A DNA stretch of 55,199 bases from IMG/VR virus record IMGVR_UViG_3300032736_000354, positions 1 through 55,199 of that record; one strand, 5' to 3'. Made by a program: the position numbers and the translations under genes. This DNA is from a virus. Lineage: Duplodnaviria; Caudoviricetes. The notes beneath the pieces were generated by a model that had not been told where the DNA came from, searched no databases, and was given only the letters and a program-made list of their open reading frames with translations. Of the stretch, positions 29,563 through 39,200 are shown piece by piece (the first letter of the stretch is position 1; each line of letters begins with the position of its first letter).

Positions 29563-30638
29563 TGAGTAATGTACAAAAGCCTTCGCCAAACCAACAACCA
29601 TTCCAAGCAAAAGGTGCTGCTAGACCGGAGGGAGCTGAAGAATTGGAAGGCGGTCAGTTTTGTAATGCTGATTTTAATGTCATCGCTACCAAACATGGGT
29701 GGACGATGGGAACGTACACAAATAACGATGGAACATCTGGTTACATTTTAACTAATGGCACAGCTATATTTCATCTTGATACTGTCGGTAATATTATTCT
29801 TTCTACTGGCAAACCAGCTCAAGCTGGTTGTGGTGGTAAAGTTATTATGCGGGGAGATGATAATGCTTCTAAATTTAAAACTACTAGCATTCATATCACC
29901 GGAAATGATGATCAAAAAACAAGAACTAAAGATGGAGAAGGTGAGGAAAAGGTAGAAGAATATCCTCCGTATTCTTTGTTTGTTGAGGGGGATATTGCAA
30001 TTGAATCTCAAGGCGGTGAGGTGTCTATTAAGGGAGACAATATCACTTTAAATGCTACTAATATTCTTACTCTACGAGCAGGGGAAGCAATTAATTTAGA
30101 GGCTGGGCAAGGTGGGGGTAAAGTTAATGTACTTACTGGAGATTATAATATCAATGCTGCTTTCCAAACTAATACTATTACTGGTGGGCAATACAATGAT
30201 AACTCTGGAGAAGTTACTACCAATCAAATTTTGCCCGGTACAGTAACTGCAGTTAACACTCTCGGTGGAGTAAATTATCTTGTTCGAGGAGATTATAATG
30301 TTGGTATTCTTGGTGACTATAATGTAGCAGCAAAAGGAAATATATTATTTGGATCACTCACAGGTGGATTGGGTACGAGAATTATTGGGAAGTCATATGA
30401 ATTTGTGGGTGGTAATAAAAAAAGTGTGATCATGGGTAAACCTTTGTCTGGAATTGATCCACCAACCGAAACTTTTTCTCAAACTATTGCTGGTGCTGCT
30501 CCAGTTGCTTATGCTTTACGAGCGATGCAAAAGATTGAAAACAAAGCAGTGGGTGGCTGGTCTTTGACTACTGCTGCTCCGATTGACATTAAAGGTTCTC
30601 TTGTTACTATACTCGGAGCTTCTATTTTCTTAAATTGA
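29562..30638 (+). CDS. Beta-rich baseplate spike-related protein (gp5 C-terminal-like)
   Basis: TAATG-coupled to gp5; beta-helix-like repeats ending IFLN. Confidence 0.6.
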   Translation: MSNVQKPSPNQQPFQAKGAARPEGAEELEGGQFCNADFNVIATKHGWTMGTYTNNDGTSGYILTNGTAIFHLDTVGNIILSTGKPAQAGCGGKVIMRGDDNASKFKTTSIHITGNDDQKTRTKDGEGEEKVEEYPPYSLFVEGDIAIESQGGEVSIKGDNITLNATNILTLRAGEAINLEAGQGGGKVNVLTGDYNINAAFQTNTITGGQYNDNSGEVTTNQILPGTVTAVNTLGGVNYLVRGDYNVGILGDYNVAAKGNILFGSLTGGLGTRIIGKSYEFVGGNKKSVIMGKPLSGIDPPTETFSQTIAGAAPVAYALRAMQKIENKAVGGWSLTTAAPIDIKGSLVTILGASIFLN

Positions 30639-30705
30639 AATTCGGAAGTTGGTTACAAAAAAACTGGAAAAAAATCGCCGGTAAAAAATGAGTCAAAAAG
30701 TTGAG
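30636..30705. repeat. 70-bp A-tract element, copy 1
   Basis: Ungapped 51/70 match to 32688-32757. Confidence 0.7.
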
Positions 30706-30718
30706 CCAGAAGTTTGAG

Positions 30719-30759
30719 TGGCACAGGGGGTTGACAAGCTGATTGGATCGTGGTATTCT
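30719..30759 (+). promoter_or_regulatory. Early promoter
   Basis: TGGCACAGGGGG-TTGACA (30731-30736), TGg-TATTCT 30754-30759 (17 bp). Confidence 0.7.
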
Positions 30760-30787
30760 ATATACATACACAGGTCGAGGCACCACA

Positions 30788-30919
30788 ATGAAACTTCCCA
30801 ACTGGCAACATCACAGCAGCAAAGAACAGAAGCGGTCCCTCAAACCTCAAGCTATGAGAGACGCCAGACGCCGCAGACAGGCGCTCAAGAACCGCTTGGC
30901 AGCTACTGGGCGAATATGA
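30788..30919 (+). CDS. Small basic cyanophage protein, 43 aa (not in ORF track)
   Basis: GAGG RBS; MKLPNWQHHSSKEQKRSLKPQAMRDARRRRQALK. Confidence 0.7.
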   Translation: MKLPNWQHHSSKEQKRSLKPQAMRDARRRRQALKNRLAATGRI

Positions 30920-30944
30920 TATCATAGATTGGTATCTATTTCTC

Positions 30945-31033
30945 GGGAGTGTGATGTATGGAGCATCGTGGGTCTTATAAGCCCAAGTGGACCCGATTAG
31001 TCCCGTGTTAGGGTTCGATTCCCTACACTCCCA
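30945..31033 (+). tRNA. tRNA with anticodon TAT (Ile, AUA) and a long variable arm
   Basis: Acceptor GGGAGTG/CACTCCC-A; anticodon arm TGGGT-CTTATAA-GCCCA; 23-nt V region; T arm TAGGG-TTCGATT-CCCTA. Confidence 0.8.
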
Positions 31034-31056
31034 TTTGCTATTTCCGAATAGCGAAT

Positions 31057-31128
31057 GCTCGTTTAGCTATCTAGGAAAGCACCGATCTCATAAATCGGCA
31101 TAGGTCGGGGCAGAACCGACAACGAGCA
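31057..31128 (+). tRNA. tRNA-CAT (elongator Met or Ile2) with an atypical T loop
   Basis: GCTCGTT/AACGAGC-A; CCGAT-CTCATAA-ATCGG; T arm GTCGG-GGCAGAA-CCGAC. Confidence 0.75.
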
Positions 31129-31133
31129 CCTTT

Positions 31134-31205
31134 GGGTCATTAACTCAGCAGTAGAGTATCCGACTTTTAATCGGTTAGTCGTTGGTTCAAATCCAACATG
31201 ACCCA
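31134..31205 (+). tRNA. tRNA-Lys(TTT)
   Basis: GGGTCAT/ATGACCC-A; CCGA-CTTTTAA-TCGG; GTTGG-TTCAAAT-CCAAC. Confidence 0.92.
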
Positions 31206-31206
31206 C

Positions 31207-31235
31207 TTGACAATCTGGGCAATCCCTGCTATGAT
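31207..31235 (+). promoter_or_regulatory. Early promoter inside the tRNA array
   Basis: TTGACA 31207-31212, TGc-TATGAT 31230-31235 (17 bp). Confidence 0.7.
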
Positions 31236-31250
31236 TGTTATATACCAAAC

Positions 31251-31325
31251 GGCGGTGTAGCCCAATTGGCAGTAGGCAAACGACTTAAAATCGTTCAAGT
31301 GTGGGTTCAAATCCCACCACCGCTA
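31251..31325 (+). tRNA. tRNA-Leu(TAA), short variable loop
   Basis: GGCGGTG/CACCGCT-A; AACGA-CTTAAAA-TCGTT; GTGGG-TTCAAAT-CCCAC. Confidence 0.9.
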
Positions 31326-31326
31326 T

Positions 31327-31371
31327 TAACGGTAAACTATTATAAATAACTATAATTATTGTTTACCGTTA
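31327..31371 (+). promoter_or_regulatory. T4 late promoter inside an 11-bp inverted repeat that ends at an ATG
   Basis: TAACGGTAAAC...TATAAATA (31341-31348)...GTTTACCGTTA(tg). Confidence 0.65.
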
Positions 31372-31452
31372 TGTCAAACCCCAGAAACTACTGCAGATTA
31401 TAGATGATTTAGATTAAAAAATGCTTAAATAGTATTAAGCAAATTGTGTAAC

Positions 31453-31719
31453 ATGAAATACGTTCTTTCTCAATCATACTGTTTTTATATGGGTGAAGTA
31501 GTGAGAATGTATTTTATTCAAGGTATGCCATATACTTTTGACGAACTTCCTGAAATAATTCAAAATCATCCTGAAATACAAATGGAGGCTCTTAGCAACC
31601 GAGATTTTGATGATGAAGATATGTATACTTGGTCAAATTATTTGATTATGGAAGCAGTTCACCCACTTATGTTTGAACTTGACCTAGAAAATCCTGAATT
31701 ACTACCTAAAGATGATTAA
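31453..31719 (+). CDS. Conserved cyanophage hypothetical protein
   Basis: VVRMYFIQGMPYTFDELP..YLIMEAVHPL; coupled to cpeT. Confidence 0.75.
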   Translation: MKYVLSQSYCFYMGEVVRMYFIQGMPYTFDELPEIIQNHPEIQMEALSNRDFDDEDMYTWSNYLIMEAVHPLMFELDLENPELLPKDD

Positions 31720-32236
31720 TGAATTTTTTAGATTACTTGAAGGAAAATTTGAAAATAAAATTCAAGCTTTTTCTCATCCATCTAGATATGCTTTTATTAG
31801 AATAACTCATATTAATATTGGTAATGGACTTTTTTATGGCGAACAAGCATATAATTATCAACTTCATAAACCGTATCGTCAATTTGTACTACAACCGAAT
31901 CTAGATGGAAATCAAATTAAAATTATTAATTATAAATTAAAAGATCCCACTACATTTGTAAATTTTAAAAACATAGATACATTATCGCTTAATGATGTAG
32001 AATTAAATACTGGTTGTGATATAGTTATGAAACCAGTTGGTGATTCTTTCAAAGGGGGGTTGACCGGATGTGAATGTATGGTAGAATGGAATGGTCGGGA
32101 AACATATCTTCAAAATGAAATTCAATTGACTCCAACACACTATTACGTTATGGATCGTGGATTCTGTGCTAAACATAAGCATCAACTCTGGGGATCTAAA
32201 TATGGTAGATTTGAATTTGTTAGAATGCCACTTTAG
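31712..32236 (+). CDS. cpeT: CpeT/CpcT-family phycobiliprotein lyase
   Basis: GKFENKIQAFSHP, FYGEQAY..PYRQ, GCD, DRGF..WGS..GRFEF motifs. Confidence 0.92.
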   Translation: MINEFFRLLEGKFENKIQAFSHPSRYAFIRITHINIGNGLFYGEQAYNYQLHKPYRQFVLQPNLDGNQIKIINYKLKDPTTFVNFKNIDTLSLNDVELNTGCDIVMKPVGDSFKGGLTGCECMVEWNGRETYLQNEIQLTPTHYYVMDRGFCAKHKHQLWGSKYGRFEFVRMPL

Positions 32237-32300
32237 CTCAGCTGGATAGAGCAGGGCTTTTGTAAAGCTCAGGTCACCCGTTCAAGTCGGGTAAGTGGCT
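32227..32300 (+). tRNA. tRNA-Thr(TGT)
   Basis: GCCACTT/AAGTGGC-T; GGGCT-TTTGTAA-AGCTC; ACCCG-TTCAAGT-CGGGT. Confidence 0.9.
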
Positions 32301-32347
32301 CTTGGTGGTACTCGCTAGGCAGATAGCCTAGAAGGAGACTATCATTC

Positions 32348-32419
32348 CCTCTGGTAGTCTATTGATAAGGACGGGTGGATAACACACATAGAAACTAGGT
32401 TTGATTCCTAGACAGAGGA
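32348..32419 (+). ncRNA. tRNA-like RNA lacking a canonical anticodon arm
   Basis: CCTCTG/CAGAGG acceptor-like stem, D-like GTCT..GGAC, T-like CTAGG-TTTGATT-CCTAG. Confidence 0.55.
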
Positions 32420-32597
32420 AAATTTAGGTAAGGAAAGTAAAAGGAGAATGGGAACCAGTGACACTTGTGAAACGTATGGGTATACCTCACCTGCCTAATT
32501 GCTATTTGCGCTGGAAAGATAAACCAGAATGCCGTAGCAACAACACCCCTCAAGCCTATCTCGGGACGCCGAATGATGCTCAAACAGAGGGGTCACT

Positions 32598-32670
32598 GCC
32601 CGAGTACTCCAACGGTAGAGAGAGTGGTCTTAGAAACCATACAGTGGAAGTTCAAATCTTCTCTCGGGCA
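32598..32670 (+). tRNA. tRNA-Leu(TAG), short variable loop
   Basis: GCCCGAG/CTCGGGC-A; GTGGT-CTTAGAA-ACCAT; GGAAG-TTCAAAT-CTTCT. Confidence 0.88.
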
Positions 32671-32687
32671 TTTCAAATCACAGGATT

Positions 32688-32757
32688 TGAAATTGAAAAA
32701 CAGAATACATAAAATGGGGAAAAAAATCCCCGCCAAAAAATCTCTAAAAAAGTTGAG
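32688..32757. repeat. 70-bp A-tract element, copy 2
   Basis: Ungapped 51/70 match to 30636-30705. Confidence 0.7.
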
Positions 32758-32765
32758 GGCATAAA

Positions 32766-32909
32766 ATGAGCTTACTTTCTAAGAAAGATCACGAAATAGT
32801 CATTGAAGCACTTCAAACCCTAATTCAAACAAAGGAGGAATCTAAAGAAAAATTTGAATATTATAATTTACTTAATTGGGTTAAATTAAAATCCAAAGAA
32901 GTATTTTAA
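32766..32909 (+). CDS. Small cyanophage protein, 47 aa (not in ORF track)
   Basis: GAGG RBS; MSLLSKKDHEIVIEAL..YNLLNWVKL. Confidence 0.65.
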   Translation: MSLLSKKDHEIVIEALQTLIQTKEESKEKFEYYNLLNWVKLKSKEVF

Positions 32910-32913
32910 TTAT

Positions 32914-32985
32914 TGGGATGTAGCACAACGGCAGTGCGAAGAGCTGTTAACTCTTAGGTTACAGGTTCGAATCCTGTCATCCCAG
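32914..32985 (+). tRNA. tRNA-Asn(GTT)
   Basis: TGGGATG/CATCCCA-G; AAGAG-CTGTTAA-CTCTT; ACAGG-TTCGAAT-CCTGT. Confidence 0.93.
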
Positions 32986-32988
32986 TTT

Positions 32989-33071
32989 GGGTAGGTGTCC
33001 GAGTGGTTGAAGGAGGGAGACTGTAAATCTCTTGGTTCTGTCCATCGTTGGTTCGAATCCAACCCTGCCCA
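32989..33071 (+). tRNA. tRNA-Tyr(GTA)
   Basis: GGGTAGG/CCTGCCC-A; GGAGA-CTGTAAA-TCTCT; V arm; GTTGG-TTCGAAT-CCAAC. Confidence 0.93.
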
Positions 33072-33075
33072 TTTT

Positions 33076-33148
33076 GGAAACATAGCTTAGTTGGTAAAGC
33101 ATTCGACTGATAATCGAAAGACCACTGGTTCAAGTCCAGTTGTTTCCA
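33076..33148 (+). tRNA. tRNA-Ile(GAT)
   Basis: GGAAACA/TGTTTCC-A; TTCGA-CTGATAA-TCGAA; ACTGG-TTCAAGT-CCAGT. Confidence 0.93.
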
Positions 33149-33190
33149 TTGTCAATATTGCCAAAAATCAAGCCCCTTCCGTGTGACTTC

Positions 33191-33228
33191 AAAACCTCCC
33201 ATTACAGGGGGGTTTTATTGTATAAATA
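33191..33228 (+). terminator. Terminator hairpin followed by T4 late promoter TATAAATA (33221-33228)
   Basis: AAAACCTCCC-attaca-GGGGGGTTTT then TATAAATA before the giant gene. Confidence 0.75.
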
Positions 33229-33264
33229 CTTTCAAGAAGACAGCACACATAGGTTTGAGTAATT

Positions 33265-36200
33265 ATGGCTCTTACAAGACTTGATAATCTCTATTCAAGC
33301 AAGACTGGCAAATATCTATATGTTTCTCCAGACGACTTTAACGCTACTGACGAATTAGATAACAGAGGTAATTCTCCTCTTCGCCCATTTCTAACAATTC
33401 AAAGAGCATTTATTGAAGTAGCTCGTTATTCATACTTACCCGGTAAAAATAACGATAGATTTGATCAATTCAGCATCATGTTGATGCCTGGTAATCACTA
33501 TATTGATAATAGACCTGGAACAGTAGATGTAATTAATCCAGAAGTACGATATATTGATGGTGCTAATTTAATTCAATCAAATAGACAAGAAATTATTGAT
33601 AGAGCTTTTGCCGAAATCGCTATTCAATATGATGAAGTTACTTGGGGTACTGATTGGGTAGTACCGGGAGACCAAGTATTTGATAATGAATTAAATCGGA
33701 ATTTTGATGCATACCGTTTAATTCAACGTAATAAAGAAGAAATTGTAGAATCTGCTTATCAAGCAATGCTGGATTTAAATCCAGGATTTGTAGTACCTGG
33801 AACTGGCGGCATTGATGATAATAAGTGTAAGAGAGATATTGGTTTCTTTATTGATGCAGTTTCTTTAGATGTAGTTCTTGGTGGTGGTAATAAGTATACC
33901 AGAAAATTCATTCAAAGTTATTTTAATGCTGCTGATAATAATTGGTTAAGCAACACATTAGAAGGAGAGGAGCAACAATCAATTCAGGCATTTGTTGCGG
34001 CTAGAGATGGAATGGTTGACGCTGTTTCAAATCAATTAACGTATAAAGATTTAAGTATAACAGCAGATCCATCAACTGGTTCTAACGTAGACGAAAATTC
34101 TTGTGCAAATATTCAAAATTTAATTATTACTCTTTCTGCAATTATTACTGATAGAATTATTGCAGGAACTTTAAATGGATTGGTTGGCGAAACTTCTTCT
34201 CCCGCAAAAGGAGATGGAGAAAATAGTGCTAAAGCAGACATTGCAATTATTGTAGATGCTATTATTTCGGATTTAAAAACGGGCGGCAATAGCAATATCA
34301 TTCAAGTTGCTAGATCTTATTTTGATAGAAGTGGAGTTCCAATTAGTGATGGGTTGATAGGTCAAAAAGATCAATCAATTGTTGCTTTTACTGCTGCTGC
34401 AGATATGATGAGAAAAGCGGTTCGCAACCGTTTATACGAAAAAGATTTAACAGTATTGGCCGGACCTTCTGTTGCTGGTGGAACAGGACTTATTCAACCA
34501 GTATATCCTTCTGGAAATGATTTTGCCTGTGTTGATGTACAAGATACAATTAGTTCTCTTGTTCTAACTTTAACCAATATAATTGAAGATGAAAATCTTT
34601 CAAGTTTAAGTGATATTGAAATTACTGGTGATGTTCCGGTATTTAATTACAATCAAGCTTTGGAAGAATGGAACGACAATTCTGTTTTGGATCTTGGAAA
34701 TCCAGATAATGTTTTTTATAAATTTAATGCTTCTACTGGAGGAGCAATTGTTCCTAGAGGTTGTTCACTTATTGGTTATGATCTCCGAAGAACAGTAATA
34801 AGACCACTTTATGTTCCGGATCCTGCTGATGGTACTCAGGCAAGAACTTCTATTTTTAACTTGACTGGTGGTTGTTATCTATGGCAGTTTACTATCAAAG
34901 ATGGAGATCTTTCTTCAAATTCTCCACTATTTGATCCGGTTGCTAATGTGGGTAAAGTTTACTTTCAAAAAGGAAACACTAGTCAACTAGCTGTTCCTGA
35001 GTATTCACACCACAAAATCTGCATTATGGAATATGCAGAATCGGAAGAGCTTGATAGATATTACACTAAAGTTGCTAGATCATTTTCTAGATTTCAACCA
35101 TTAATTGACAATGGTGAATTAGAATCTCTTGTACAAGAAAACAGAATTGTTGGACCATTATCAGATACTCGTAGACTTGCAAGTATTAAAATTATTGATT
35201 CTACACCGGCAGGCATTTTAACTGTAGAAGTTGCAACAAAAATTGATCACGGTTATTTTGTTGACCAATATATCGCTATTTTAAATAATGGTTTGAGTGA
35301 TCAATTAAATGGAACATTTAAAGTAACCGCTACAAATATTGGCGACAATCCAAAAGTGTTCCGCTACCAAATTCCTACAGTTGTAGCTGCGTTAGGAAAT
35401 TCTAATTTAGAGAGTGGAGCTACTTATACATCATCAAATGGTCTTAATACTAATGCGGTAGCACAAGCAGAAATTGACTCTGTAGAATCAGCTTCTCCAT
35501 ATGTCTTTAACTGCTCAATTCGCTCTACTTGGGGTCAGTGCGGCATGTGGGCCGATGGATCTAAAGCCACTGGCTTTAAGTCAATGGTTGTCGCTCAATA
35601 TACTGGCGTATCTCTGCAAAAAGACGACAGAGCATTTATCCGTTACGATAAATTTACTAATACATGGAATCAAGCCTCACTAACTGATGCTTTTGCTACT
35701 GTTCCTTATCACACTAAAGGCGATGCGTATTGGAAGGATGACTGGAGAAACTTCCACATTCGTGCTTCCGACGATTCTTTTGTACAGTGTGTTTCTGTAT
35801 TCGCTGTAGGCTTCCATGATCACTTCTTGATGGAATCTGGTGGTGATATGTCAATCACCAACTCCAACTCAAACTTTGGTAATACTTCACTTCATGCGAT
35901 TGGTTTCAAAGGATTCTCTTTCAACCAAGATAAAGGTGGATATATTACCGACATCATTCCTCCTCAGGTTATCAATACATCAATAAGCAACGAGGAAAAA
36001 GTACAGTATTACACGTTGGATATTCAAGCATCAAATCCACAAAGTAATAATACTAAACTTTATCTTGCTGGCGATGATATTTCTGATCCAGCTAATCGTC
36101 CCGCAGCCACTATCGGTGGTTATAGAATTGGCGCAAAATCAAATGAAAAATTATATGTAAAATTAGATGATGGAGTTTACAATTCTACCATAACCCCATC

Positions 36201-39200
36201 TGGATTCTTAAACTATACTGTTAGTTTAGAAACTTTAAATCCTGGTGGTATTGGTATTAATAATAAAGCCCAAGATGCTGCTAACAGAATTGAAAGTAAT
36301 AAAACATTTATTGCTAATGAAGCATACGAATATATTCTTGACAAATATCCTAATTTATTAACAACTCCTAATATAACTATTTCTAAATGCGAGAGAGATA
36401 TTGGTTATTTTATTGATGCAACTATATCTGATTTGAGATTAGGCGGAAATATAAACACAGTTCAGGCAGCAGAAGGATATTTTGTAGGAAATAATTTAGT
36501 TTATATTCAAAATGAATTGAGCGAGACTATTGAAGCTTTAGATTATGTAAAAAATCTCAGCATTGCTGCGATGAGAAATTTTGATTACTTAATCCAAAAT
36601 TGCTCAACTTCTGCCGGATCTCCTTTGGTCAATGTCGGTGATACAACTGGTCTTGTTGTAGGAATGAGTGTATCTCAGTATTCTCCACAAAGCTTTACTA
36701 ATGGAAGATTGAATACGGGAGCCACATCACTCACATCAAACATTACATCAGGAACTTATATTAAAAAAATTGTAAATAATACTACAATTGAACTTGGTGT
36801 CTTTGGTAGTAAACTTGATGAAGGGACTACAAAAAATGCTTTACAAAACTCTTCGACTACGTGGCTTTACTTTACTCTGCCATTTGGTGCATGGAATAGC
36901 GATCACAATATAATTCCCAATACAGATCCTTCTCTTATACAAGATACTAGCTATCCAGAATGTTCTGATATTGCTTCTATTATCAATCAATATTTTGCTG
37001 ATATCACTTTAACTTTAAATCAAGGAATTGGTAGCGTAATAAAAATAGAACCTGTAATTGATATTGTAAGTCTTGGTCAAAGAGCCACTATATTTACTGT
37101 CAATACAGGCGAATCTACTTCAAATCCTCATCAATTTGAAACAGGAACTCCAATAAGACTTGTTCCTAAAGCAAAAGAAGGATCAACTGTAGACAAAAAA
37201 TTTATTCGTCTTCCTAGAGGATTTGAATCAAATCAAAAATATTATGTAATTTCTCCGGGTAGATTAACACAGCCATTTGATTATTCTGGAACCACTTATT
37301 TTGATGGATCTGATCAAACTAAGTTAATGCTTGCTTCTACCAAAGAAAATGCTGGAGCTGGTATTTACATCTATTCCCCCGAAACTGAATCTGTTCATCC
37401 TGATGTTGAAATTGAAATTCAGCAATTTGTACTGGATGAATCTTATGATCTTCATAAATTTAAGTGTAATTTTGCTGTGGGGGATACTAGAAATGTTGAA
37501 ACTGACGTAGTACATATTTTTGATTTGCCGAGTGCTTCAGTAATACCACAAAAAATATTTTTTAGACAAGCTGATGATATAATTGATTCTACGTTGCCAC
37601 AAATTGTAGGACAAGGAACAATTAATACTCAGACATATTATTACGCAAGATATGGTGCAACTAAAAAATTCACTGTACATACATCACATTCTGATGCTAT
37701 TGCTGGAATTAATGAAATAACTTTTGTCGAAAATACAGGTAAAAATTTCTATGTTTTTGCTGATAAGAGAGTCAGTCCTTTGAGATTTGATGCTACTTTT
37801 TCTTCTGTAGAAAATGCAACTGGATTGTGGTATTTGGAAGTTCTTGATGAATCTTCTGGAGCAAATATTAGATCTGATAGTATTTTAACTAGATTCCATA
37901 ATGTAAATGCGTATGGTCCTAATTCAGGTAAAATTAGAACACTTGATACTTGGTTTACCAGAGTTAATGATACTAGACAAAAAGAGGATAGAGTTTATAG
38001 ATTGCGTTATGTAATTCCTAAGTATCTTGAGACAGTTAGAGATCCTTTAAATGGATTTGTTTTAAAAATTAGAACAGATGAAAAGAGAAGATTAGTACCC
38101 CAAAAAATTGTATTAGTTCCGGTTTCGGGAAACACTCAGAATACTGCCGTATTCCAAAATCCTGGTGGGTTTCAAGAAACGCTTGGTTTAACCAAACAAC
38201 AATATATTACTGATATTGTTAATCCAATTGATCCGGGAATTTTTAATCTAAGCCCAGAAAAACGACTTGGTTTGTATGATCCATATTTTAATCCAAAAAT
38301 TGTAGAAACAGAATCTAACATAGCATTTACTGTACAATCTGCAAGAAAGACTCAAAATAATTACTTAGAAATTATTGCATTTGATCACACTATTGTGAAT
38401 GAAGCATTAAAAAATGAAATTTTTACGGTCGTAGAAATTTCTGCTCCTCAAGGAGGATCTGGTCAGTTTACATCTGGATCCACTGCACCATTAATTACTT
38501 GGTCGGGAAATTCTACTGGTTTTGCTATCATACAAAAATATCTTTTTGTCAATAACAAACATTATTTGATTTTAATAATTACTGCGGGAAAAATTGAGTA
38601 TTCTTCTTTCATACCAACCACATTTAATCAAGTAGTAGCACCATTTCAGATTACTGCAAATCTTGTAGCAAAACCAAACAGTGTTGGAGACCCCGAAGGT
38701 AAAGACAAATCTAATAAAAAAGATTTCTTGTACACTATAGAAGGTTCTAATGTATATACTTTAGCTCCCGGTGATTTTATTAACGATGATACCGGCAAAA
38801 GATATCAAATTCAAAGTGTTCAGGACGTTGGAAATATTGATGACACGTTTTATATTTTTGATATTGATGAAATCCGAGAAAGAATTGCTGGACAGCAAGA
38901 CGGAGTGTATTATTTAACAGCAGTTAGAGGCAACATTTCACCATTCCCTACGGGTGCTGGTGTTGGAGAAAACTTTAAAAATTATAAGTTTTCGCAGCCA
39001 ATTTCTCAACTGTATCCACAAAATTACAAGAATGATCCTGTATGGTTTAAACAATTAAATCCAGTATTTAATGACGTACCTCCTTCCGTTGCTGCTGCTG
39101 ATAATTACATTCATGGTTACGTAACAATCAATGATTCTAAAAATAGTGAAACAAAAGAAGTTGTTTACGACATAATTCAGCAACCAGCCTTTGAAAATTA

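Noticed and set aside
30718-31248. ORF-track ORFs 30718-30927 and 31063-31248
   Set aside because: The first spans a promoter and is out of frame with the better ORF 30788-30919; the second is antisense to tRNAs
32348-32500. tmRNA (tRNA-like domain plus short ORF MGTSDTCETYGYTSPA* at 32448-32498)
   Set aside because: No G3-U70 or Ala-type acceptor ends; the peptide is unlike known tags and its SD lies only 1 nt from the ATG
32395-32764. ORF-track ORFs 32458-32712, 32573-32764 and 32395-32583
   Set aside because: Overlap tRNA-Leu(TAG) and the structured elements; no protein motifs
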